NCBI GenBank assembly: GCA_046759165.1
Contig: JBHIBS010000036.1
Location: 1-14,864 of the forward strand
DNA length: 14,864 bases
DNA from: a bacterium
Lineage (GTDB): Bacteria > UBA6262 > WVXT01
Reading direction: 5' to 3'
Made by a program: the position numbers and the translations under genes. How positions within the stretch are numbered: the stretch's first letter is position 1; each line of letters opens with the position of its first letter. This document shows positions 1-7,182 of the stretch, one piece after another. The notes under the pieces were generated by a model. It saw only the letters and a list, made by a program, of their open reading frames with translations. It did not search any database and was not told the DNA's origin.

Positions 1-1
1 T

Positions 2-265
2 GCTGATTTTGATTTTCATTTGACAATACTGGAAGCTACCAAAAACCCTATTTTGGCAGCAATAGCGAAACCAATCGTAATTTTACTAAGGAATAGTCGT
101 GAGCGACTTCTTGGAATTGTGGGAGTTCCAGAAATATCTTTTCGGCAGCATCAGGACATTTATAATGCTATCAAAAAGGGAGATGAAAAAGAGGCCTCCC
201 GGGCTATGCTTCGCCATCTCAAACAAGTGGAAGAAGACGTAAAAAGGATGGCAGATATTCACTAA
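2..265 (+). CDS. GntR/FadR-family transcriptional regulator, C-terminal FCD ligand-binding domain (5' end outside the window)
   Basis: The frame is open from base 2: ADFDFHLTILEATKNPIL...QHQDIYNAIKKGDEKEASRAMLRHL. This matches the FCD pattern D..FH..I..A..N..L / H..I..AI..GD...A...M..HL. Stop TAA at 263-265. Confidence 0.9.
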   Translation, partial: ADFDFHLTILEATKNPILAAIAKPIVILLRNSRERLLGIVGVPEISFRQHQDIYNAIKKGDEKEASRAMLRHLKQVEEDVKRMADIH

Positions 266-449
266 TCGGTTTGATCGTCATCTTTTGATTCTCTGGCCCC
301 AAATTCCTGAGCACCATCTATTTTAAGCCTTTTGTTTCTAGCAAGGGGCTTTCAAGAAAAAGAGTTTAATTTGATTATCTTGCGATTCTTGCTGAGGTTC
401 TTGTAACAGTCTTGTTTATTTCACAGGCAAGGAGAATCGGGTCTCTCCC

Positions 450-545
450 ATAATTCTTGTGATTATGCTTCCTACCATAGTAGCATATATTTTGTTACAG
501 GGACTGTTTATCAAGGGCATGACCGCTGGAGCATTAAAAGGATAA
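450..545 (+). pseudogene. Orphan C-terminal fragment of a MalG-type carbohydrate ABC permease
   Basis: Manual translation gives IILVIMLPTIVAYILLQGLFIKGMTAGALKG*, which parallels the ends of the intact permeases here (FAQRVFMQGITSAGIK* and FSQKFIVKGIAVTGLKG*). In-frame stops at 372-374 and 393-395 lie upstream. Confidence 0.85.
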
Positions 546-647
546 TAATTGAGAATCTAGAGGTCTCCACGCATAAGCTATTAATCAATAAGATTGGAGT
601 AGAGAGGAGGCAGTGTCTCATCCCAAAGGGAAGGGTTAAGTAAAGGA

Positions 648-803
648 ATGCTACTTCGTGATGCAGATTTTGCTTTTTGTGAGGCAATCAAGGCGAAAGG
701 CTACAAAGTGTTCGTAGATACCAGATTCGTTTGTGGCCACAAGAAAAGCTTGGATTTGAAGCTTGTGAATGATTTGCTTGTAAGACACAGAGTCGCGAAA
801 TAG
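648..803 (+). pseudogene. 51-aa ORF resembling the C-terminal part of a GT-A fold (family 2-like) glycosyltransferase; probable remnant
   Basis: MLLRDADFAFCEAIKAKGYKVFVDTRFVCGHKKSLDLKLVNDLLVRHRVAK*. It fits the (E)D..FC......G..I.VD......GH motif of GT2 enzymes. An in-frame TAG at 600-602 cuts off any N-terminal DXD domain. Confidence 0.65.
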
Positions 804-858
804 TTTAATTCTACTAGCATCGGTTATATGAGTACCGTTGATAGTACTTGAAAATCTG

Positions 859-888
859 TTGACTTTTTTTTTGAAAATGTTTTACAAT
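859..888 (+). promoter_or_regulatory. Putative sigma70 promoter for ABC cluster 1
   Basis: TTGACT (859-864), 18-nt spacer, TACAAT (883-888); each box is one mismatch from consensus. Confidence 0.55.
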
Positions 889-953
889 TCTCTTACTACA
901 GTAAAACAGTATTGTTGAAAAGTTAGATCTTTGACAAGAGCTAAAAATGGTGA

Positions 954-1073
954 ACTCTTTCAGACCATGAAGAAGTTGGACCTGATGAGTTGTCAAAAAT
1001 ATGAGAGGTAGGCGAAGTACTCCTATTTTTCAGGATAGCAAGAATCAAAGAGGGTCAAAAAAACAAAGAGGAG
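954..1073 (+). repeat. Copy 1 of a degenerate leader element (copy 2 at 6991-7106)
   Basis: Collinear shared blocks: ACTCTTT, GAC(A)CATG, TGATGnnnTGTCAAAAA, TAGGC, CTATTTT, AGGGTCAAA, CAAAGAGGAG. Confidence 0.6.
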
Positions 1074-1152
1074 GTGGTGATATCTATTTAAGAATATAAG
1101 ACCCTAAGTTAAATTTTGTGCTAAGAAGAAAGAGTAAAACGGAGGGAAACTG

Positions 1153-2430
1153 ATGAAAAAGTCAGTATGGCTAGGAGTTTATAGCTTGGTTTGCTTCATG
1201 GTAATCGCGGGATTTACTTCTGCAATGGGGCAGGGAAAGAAAATAACCATTACTTACTATGATATGCCTGATCAAGTAAAATTCGCCGAATGGGGGATTA
1301 AAAGATTTGTAAAGGAGCACCCTAACGTTCATATTGAGATGCTAGCATCACCAGATCCTTCAACATATTGGGATAAACTGCAGGTTATGTTTGCAGCAGG
1401 TGAAGCACCAAACATATATGGCACGAACCCGGGTGGGATTCTCCTTACTCATGCCAAGAATGGACTGTTGTGGGACTTAACCCCCTATTACGAGGAGTAT
1501 AAAGAAGTATTTAAGGATTGGACTCCTCGTTCGATAGAATGGATAAAATTATTTGGTCGGCATTGGCAGGTAACTACTCATGGTACTGTTGGATATTTTC
1601 TGTGGTACAACAAGACTATGTTCGAAGAAGCGGGAGTAAAGCTTCCTACAAGGGACTGGACCTTCTATGACTTCTATGATGCTGCTGTAAGACTTACCAT
1701 GGACAAGGATGGTGATGGGAAGATGGATCAATGGGGTCACGCCCGCAGTTGGTGGTCTTGGTTAACCTTGGTACGGGGTGAAGGTGGTAGATTGTTATCT
1801 AGCGACCTCCAGAAATGTCTCCTGGATTCTCCCGAGGCTATAGAATCTTTAGAGTGGCAGCAACGTCTTGCATTTGAAGAAGCAGCTATACCAAGTGGGA
1901 TATCTGCTATGGGAGGTGGAAGGCAGGCCTATTTCGGCGGAAGAGCAGCATCGACTCAAGGCACTGCATCACATCTTGCTCCTGTTCTGGATGTAGAGTG
2001 GGAGCCCGCACTAGTTCCTATGCCCAAGGGTAAAGCGGGAAGATTCCCTCTCGGAACGGCTCACTCTGTTGTCATTACCAAATCTTGCAAATATCCAGAT
2101 GAGGCTTTTAAATACTTGACGTACCTGTCTGATTATGAAGCACAGGTTGCCGCTGTAAGAGAGTTCGGTTGGGTGAGTTCTATACCTGAGGTAAATGAAA
2201 AGTATCTTGGCAAAAGTCCAGGTGTAGATTATCCTTCTGGATTCAAGGAGATTGTTATAGAGACTGTGGGACATCCTAACGCGAGTTTACCACCTAGAGT
2301 GCCAGCGGAAGCAGAACAGGAGATCATTAGTGCTCAGCAAAAAATCTTTCTCCAGGACGCACCGGTTAAGCAAATAGTCGAAGATTTAGTGCCTAGGGTA
2401 AACAAGTTGTTGCAAGAGTTTTGGGAATAG
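1153..2430 (+). CDS. Carbohydrate ABC transporter solute-binding protein (CUT1, SBP family 1)
   Basis: 425 aa with an N-terminal signal peptide; family motifs YWDKLQVMFAAGEAPNI, LWYNKTMFEEAGV..P..DWT and K.PDEAFKYLTYL; SD GGAGG upstream. Confidence 0.95.
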   Translation: MKKSVWLGVYSLVCFMVIAGFTSAMGQGKKITITYYDMPDQVKFAEWGIKRFVKEHPNVHIEMLASPDPSTYWDKLQVMFAAGEAPNIYGTNPGGILLTHAKNGLLWDLTPYYEEYKEVFKDWTPRSIEWIKLFGRHWQVTTHGTVGYFLWYNKTMFEEAGVKLPTRDWTFYDFYDAAVRLTMDKDGDGKMDQWGHARSWWSWLTLVRGEGGRLLSSDLQKCLLDSPEAIESLEWQQRLAFEEAAIPSGISAMGGGRQAYFGGRAASTQGTASHLAPVLDVEWEPALVPMPKGKAGRFPLGTAHSVVITKSCKYPDEAFKYLTYLSDYEAQVAAVREFGWVSSIPEVNEKYLGKSPGVDYPSGFKEIVIETVGHPNASLPPRVPAEAEQEIISAQQKIFLQDAPVKQIVEDLVPRVNKLLQEFWE

Positions 2431-2444
2431 CTAGCTGTAACTGC

Positions 2445-2480
2445 TTGGGGGATCAGCCGCCGATGTAGCTGGTCCCCCAA
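2445..2480 (+). terminator. Strong stem-loop after the SBP gene (mRNA stabiliser or weak terminator)
   Basis: TTGGGGGATCAGC (2445-2457) pairs with GCTGGTCCCCCAA (2468-2480): 13 bp including one G-U. No U-tract follows. Confidence 0.7.
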
Positions 2481-2537
2481 AGATAGTTATATTCAATTGT
2501 TCAGAGGAATTACGAAAGATGTTGGTGGGGAGAAGGT

Positions 2538-3548
2538 ATGGGTGGGACTATTAATTATTCGATGTTAAGATATTTGGAAAGATTGTATAGTGATTATTCT
2601 CCAAAGATGTCTTTTAAAGCTGAAACTAAAGAGGAATGGAAAATATGGCAGGCGGAATTCCGCGAAAAAATCATTGAACTTTTTGGATGTTTTCCTTCCC
2701 GTAAAGTCCCTCTTAGGTCCTCTATTTTTAACCAAGAAGAGGAGGAATTCTATACAAAGGAGAAAGTTATTTTTGAGAGTATGCCTGGAATTAATGTGGT
2801 GGGTTATCTTATTATCCCAAAGGACGTAACTTTTCCTTGTCCTGCTCTACTCTGTCCTCCAGGACATGGGCGGGGAAAAGCTGACGGAATAGAAAAAGGT
2901 GCATATTGCGACTACGGAGTGCGTTTTGCTGAGCAAGGGTACATTACTTTTGTAATGGATCACATAGGCTTCGGAGAAAGAACAGTGTCCAATCAGGCAG
3001 AAGATTATCCAATGGATTATAAAGACCGTAATTATTCCCTAATGGTTAATATTTGCCATCTTTTCGGAATGAGCATTCAGGGTTTTCGGGTATATGATTT
3101 AGTGAGATCTATAGACTATCTCGAAACAAGGGATGAAGTAAAAAAAAATCACATAGGGTGTGTAGGGCTTTCTCTAGGAGCAGAGTTGACGACATACTTA
3201 GCTGCTTTGGACGAAAGAGTAAAGGTAAGCATTGTCTCTGGATGGTTCAGTACCTTTAAAGATACAATTTTAGCTAGTTTACACTGTACTTGCTCCTACA
3301 TACCTGGGATTTTGAAATATGGTGAAGTCTATGATATTGCTGGATTAATTGCTCCTCGTCCACTTTTAGTTCAAATAGGAAGGAAAGACACATCATTTCC
3401 TGTTGCGGCCACTATCAAAGCCTATAATATGACCAAGCGAGTGTATAAGCTTCTCGGTGCTGAAGATAGAATAGACATTGAAGTTTTTGACGGAGAGCAT
3501 GCTTTCAGTGAAAAGAAAGCTTTTTCCTGGATAAAGAGATGGCTGTGA
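2538..3548 (+). CDS. Alpha/beta-fold hydrolase (dienelactone hydrolase / acetylxylan esterase-like)
   Basis: PGHG oxyanion region, nucleophile elbow GLSLGA, HCTCSYIPG, LIAPRPLL, candidate Asp in GRKDTSF and His in FDGEHAF. No signal peptide is evident. Confidence 0.9.
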   Translation: MGGTINYSMLRYLERLYSDYSPKMSFKAETKEEWKIWQAEFREKIIELFGCFPSRKVPLRSSIFNQEEEEFYTKEKVIFESMPGINVVGYLIIPKDVTFPCPALLCPPGHGRGKADGIEKGAYCDYGVRFAEQGYITFVMDHIGFGERTVSNQAEDYPMDYKDRNYSLMVNICHLFGMSIQGFRVYDLVRSIDYLETRDEVKKNHIGCVGLSLGAELTTYLAALDERVKVSIVSGWFSTFKDTILASLHCTCSYIPGILKYGEVYDIAGLIAPRPLLVQIGRKDTSFPVAATIKAYNMTKRVYKLLGAEDRIDIEVFDGEHAFSEKKAFSWIKRWL

Positions 3549-3645
3549 GTTTTTCTTTTTTTGACAATTCTAATCCGCAGCTTTTTAGCTATCTGATAGC
3601 CTCCTCCTTTTAGTATGATCATGACCTCCCCATAAGTATTTCATT

Positions 3646-4554
3646 TTGAAGGAGAAACAACTGTTAAGGATGCGGCATAAAGAAGCTATCAGTGGGTATC
3701 TATTTATAATGCCCTGGCTCGTGGGTTTAGTAGTATTTACTGCTGTGCCCATAATTGGGTCTCTAGCATATAGCTTCACCAAATATGATTTGCTATCCCC
3801 CCCTCGCTTTGTTGGTTTATATAATTATCAACGAGTGTTTATGGAGGATCCACGATTTTGGGTCAGTCTGCGAGTTACTGGACTTTATCTTTTAGGCATG
3901 GTACCTTCGCAATTAATTCTGGGTTTTGTGCTGGCCATTCTTCTCAATCAGTCGATCAAAGGAATAGCCTTGTTTAGAACATTATATTATTTACCAGCGG
4001 TACTTCCAGCTATGGCAAGCTACATGCTGTGGATGTGGATTCTTCATGATCACTATGGATTGCTTAATTACTTTCTAAGTATGTTTGGGATCCCGGGCCA
4101 AAGTTGGTTGATTGATTCAAGATGGGTGATCCCAGCAATAATTATATTGGGCCTATGGGGAGGTACAGGAGCAGTTATGATCATTTTTCTGGCACGGCTT
4201 CAAGGAATCCCTACTGCACTCTATGAAGCCGCCCGCTTAGACGGAGCTAATTGGTTAAGAACTTTTTGGCATATTACTATTCCTGCGATGAGTCCTATTA
4301 TTCTTTTTAATCTAATAATGCAAATTGTCACTTCATTTCAGGTATTTGGTTCAGCTTATGTTATAACTCAAGGTGGACCCGGGGATGCGAGTCTTTTCTA
4401 TGTCCTTTATCTATATCGTAATGCTTTTCAGTTCAACAAAATGGGATACGCAAGTGCTTTGTCTTGGCTATTATTCATTATGATTATGCTAGCCACGATT
4501 TTTGTCTTAAAGTCCTCGAAGAAGTGGGTGTACTATGAGGCAGAGGTAAAATGA
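3646..4554 (+). CDS. Carbohydrate ABC transporter permease (MalF/UgpA type); start codon uncertain
   Basis: GYLFIMPWLVG, EAA loop LYEAARLDGA, TQGGPG, MGYASA; several hydrophobic segments. Confidence 0.95.
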   Translation: MKEKQLLRMRHKEAISGYLFIMPWLVGLVVFTAVPIIGSLAYSFTKYDLLSPPRFVGLYNYQRVFMEDPRFWVSLRVTGLYLLGMVPSQLILGFVLAILLNQSIKGIALFRTLYYLPAVLPAMASYMLWMWILHDHYGLLNYFLSMFGIPGQSWLIDSRWVIPAIIILGLWGGTGAVMIIFLARLQGIPTALYEAARLDGANWLRTFWHITIPAMSPIILFNLIMQIVTSFQVFGSAYVITQGGPGDASLFYVLYLYRNAFQFNKMGYASALSWLLFIMIMLATIFVLKSSKKWVYYEAEVK

Positions 4555-5447
4555 ACTATAAGAAAAATCTTTCATGGTGGAAAAGAAAGATTGTGCAATC
4601 CTCTATTTTAAAAGGAGCGTTATATGTTATCCTTTGTACTGGCTCAGTAGTAGTATTGGCTCCTCTAGTTTGGATGATCTCTACTAGTTTAAAAACTTTA
4701 GACCAAGTGTACATTTTTCCAATTCAGTGGATACCTCAACCTATTGTGTGGGAAAACTACCTTTTAGCAATTACCAGACACCCCTTTTTCCTTTATCTAA
4801 CAAATTCATTTATTATTGTCGGTGGTGGAGTAGTAGGACAGCTTATTTCTTGTTCCTTAGTTGCTTATGGTTTTGCTCGATTTCGCTTTCCAGGACGAAA
4901 TATCCTGTTCATAATTTTACTTGGGACTTTGATGATCCCTATTTACGTAAAAATAGTTCCTCTTTTTATACTCTTCAGAAGATTTGGCTGGCTGAATACT
5001 TTTTTGCCAATTATTATACCGGCATTTGCAGCTACGGGTCAGCCTTTATACATTTTCTTGTTGCGACAGTTCTACATGACTATTCCTTTGGAGCTGGATG
5101 AGGCAGCCAAACTTGATGGCTGCAATCCTTTCCGTATATACTATACAATTATTCTCCCTCTCTCTAAGCCAGCTTTAGCCGTAGTAGCTGTACTTTCCTT
5201 TATGTTTTACTGGCGGGATTTCTTTAGACCTCTAATTTATCTTACTAGAGAAGAAAGGTGGCCTATAGCTTTAGGAGTACTAATGTATAAGTATCTTACG
5301 AAGGGTGAGTTAGGAATAGCACAGCGCATTGTTCAGTGGCATGTAGTGATGGCCGTTTCTTTTTTGATGATCATACCCTGCATTATCTTGTTTTTCTTTG
5401 CCCAAAGAGTATTTATGCAAGGTATAACTAGTGCTGGAATAAAGTGA
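4551..5447 (+). CDS. Carbohydrate ABC transporter permease (MalG/UgpE type)
   Basis: AYGFARFRFPGRN, EAA loop LDEAAKLDGC, LPLSKPALA; ATGA overlap with the upstream permease. Confidence 0.95.
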   Translation: MNYKKNLSWWKRKIVQSSILKGALYVILCTGSVVVLAPLVWMISTSLKTLDQVYIFPIQWIPQPIVWENYLLAITRHPFFLYLTNSFIIVGGGVVGQLISCSLVAYGFARFRFPGRNILFIILLGTLMIPIYVKIVPLFILFRRFGWLNTFLPIIIPAFAATGQPLYIFLLRQFYMTIPLELDEAAKLDGCNPFRIYYTIILPLSKPALAVVAVLSFMFYWRDFFRPLIYLTREERWPIALGVLMYKYLTKGELGIAQRIVQWHVVMAVSFLMIIPCIILFFFAQRVFMQGITSAGIK

Positions 5448-5570
5448 TAAGAAATAGAAGATGGAGTCCCAGAGATATAATATATTCAATGACAGGAAAA
5501 TAATTGCAACGGGATAATATTATTTTTTGTAGCGAAATAAGAGAAGATTTTCCAAAAAAGAGGAAAAGCA

Positions 5571-6935
5571 ATGCAAACAGAGTTGCTTAAAACAATAAGG
5601 GAGGAGGTCGAGAAGATTTCCCTTGTAGACACCCATGAACATTTTTTATTAGAGGAAGAGCGTTTAAATACAAAGTTAAATCTTTTTTATCTTTTCCCTC
5701 ATTACGCTTCCTCGGATCTGCTTTCTTCTGGGATGTCCCCTCAGACTTTGGACGAGATTCGTATATCCAATTGTCCTTTAGAAGAGAAATGGGAAAAATT
5801 TAAAGCCTATTGGGAAAGGATAAAAAACACCGCTTATTCAAAGGCTTTGTTAATTGCCGTTAAGGATCTATTCGGAATTGGAGATATAAATGAGCATACT
5901 TACCGAAGACTTTCAGAGAAGATCGCCGCCTCTAACAAGAAGGGTTGGTATAGATATGTATTAAGGGAAAGGGCAAATGTCGATGTCTCAATTGTAGATT
6001 TTCCTGGTAGGGGAATATTGAAAAGAGAAGCCCCACGAATAGAGAGGAGGGTGGCAAGAGAAAAATTTCAAGCTGATAAAAAGATTCCTTCAATGAATAA
6101 GGACTTTCTTGTCCCTGTAGCCAAGTTTGATGAATTTATAACTATTCGTAGCCTTGATGAGATAAGAAGAGCAGAAGAGGAATACGATATTGCCACTTAC
6201 TGTCTGGATGACTTACTTAAGATTTTAGATTGTGCCTTTGAAAAAAGAGTAGAGGAAGGAATCGTGGGAGTAAAGACAGCCTTAGCCTACATTAGAATCT
6301 TAAAATATGAGAAAACTCCTAAATATGAAGCAGAGATTCTATTTAACCATATCTTTCAGGATTTAGGGGAGGGCCTTTCTTGGAAGGAGGCAAAGCCCCT
6401 TCAGGATTTTATGATGCACCAGGTCATTCGAAGAGCAATAAACTATAATTTGCCAATTCAGATACACACAGGACTTCAGGAAGGCAATGGTAATATAATT
6501 ACTAATTCTGATCCTACTCATCTTCTAACCCTATTTATAGAATATAATAAAGCTATATTTGATGTCTTTCATGCAGGCTATCCCTATACAGGGGAGCTAA
6601 CGGCTATAGCCAAAAATTTTCCCAATGTATATGTGGATATGTGTTGGCTTCATGTAATTTCCCCTTCGGTAGCAAGAAGAGTCCTTGAGGAGTGGATAGA
6701 ACAAATTCCTTCAAACAAGATATTTGGCTTTGGAGGTGATTATATAATTGTAGAGGGAGCCTATGCTCACTCCCGTCTAGCTAGAGATAATGTAGCCAGA
6801 GTTTTAGCCAAAAAGGTGAAGGAGGGGTACCTCAAGGAATCCGAAGCGGTGGAATTAGGGCATAAGATTCTAAGAGATAACGCTTATAAAGTCTTCAAGT
6901 TGGGGAGCAAAACATTTAATAGGCCAAGCAAGTGA
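5571..6935 (+). CDS. Metal-dependent amidohydrolase-superfamily protein (Amidohydro_2 / uronate-isomerase-like)
   Basis: N-terminal HxH (DTHEH), IQIHTG, FHAGYPY, NVYVDMCW, KIFGFGGDY and ILRDNA; SD GAGGA upstream. Confidence 0.85.
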   Translation: MQTELLKTIREEVEKISLVDTHEHFLLEEERLNTKLNLFYLFPHYASSDLLSSGMSPQTLDEIRISNCPLEEKWEKFKAYWERIKNTAYSKALLIAVKDLFGIGDINEHTYRRLSEKIAASNKKGWYRYVLRERANVDVSIVDFPGRGILKREAPRIERRVAREKFQADKKIPSMNKDFLVPVAKFDEFITIRSLDEIRRAEEEYDIATYCLDDLLKILDCAFEKRVEEGIVGVKTALAYIRILKYEKTPKYEAEILFNHIFQDLGEGLSWKEAKPLQDFMMHQVIRRAINYNLPIQIHTGLQEGNGNIITNSDPTHLLTLFIEYNKAIFDVFHAGYPYTGELTAIAKNFPNVYVDMCWLHVISPSVARRVLEEWIEQIPSNKIFGFGGDYIIVEGAYAHSRLARDNVARVLAKKVKEGYLKESEAVELGHKILRDNAYKVFKLGSKTFNRPSK

Positions 6936-6990
6936 AGAGATTATATTCACAGGACTATAAGCATGTGGAGTAGTTCATTGTTTGAAAAAC

Positions 6991-7106
6991 ACTCTTTGAA
7001 GAGACACATGTTAGGCTCGGCTTGATGTCGTGTCAAAAACACGGCAACTAAGATAGGCTGCTTCTATTTTCAAAGAAGCCAAAAAGGGTCAAAGACCAAA
7101 GAGGAG
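6991..7106 (+). repeat. Copy 2 of the degenerate leader element (copy 1 at 954-1073)
   Basis: Same seven sequence blocks in the same order; ends 76 nt before the next start codon, versus 79 nt for copy 1. Confidence 0.6.
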
Positions 7107-7182
7107 ATGAGGGAACAGGTAGATCTGACAGCTTCAATATTATCTACTTAGACAAAGATAATCACTTAATAAGAAGGTCAAA

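Noticed and set aside
931-960. Perfect TTGACA as a second promoter
   Set aside because: No acceptable -10 hexamer 16-18 nt downstream.
814-996. 60-aa minus-strand ORF
   Set aside because: Low-information sequence across the promoter region, with no SD and no recognisable motif.
982-1020. CTGATGAG resembling a hammerhead ribozyme core
   Set aside because: No stem II followed by GAAA, and no stem I/III arrangement; the motif is not retained in copy 2 (TTGATGTC).
940-1040. Fluoride- or glycine-riboswitch-like words (CTGATG, GCGAAG, TTTCAGG)
   Set aside because: The required paired elements and motif order are missing, and the gene context does not fit.
3422-3782. Two short minus-strand ORFs (3422-3622, 3585-3782)
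   Set aside because: They overlap well-supported + strand genes; the GGAGGT before ATG 3622 is only 1 nt away, too close for normal initiation.
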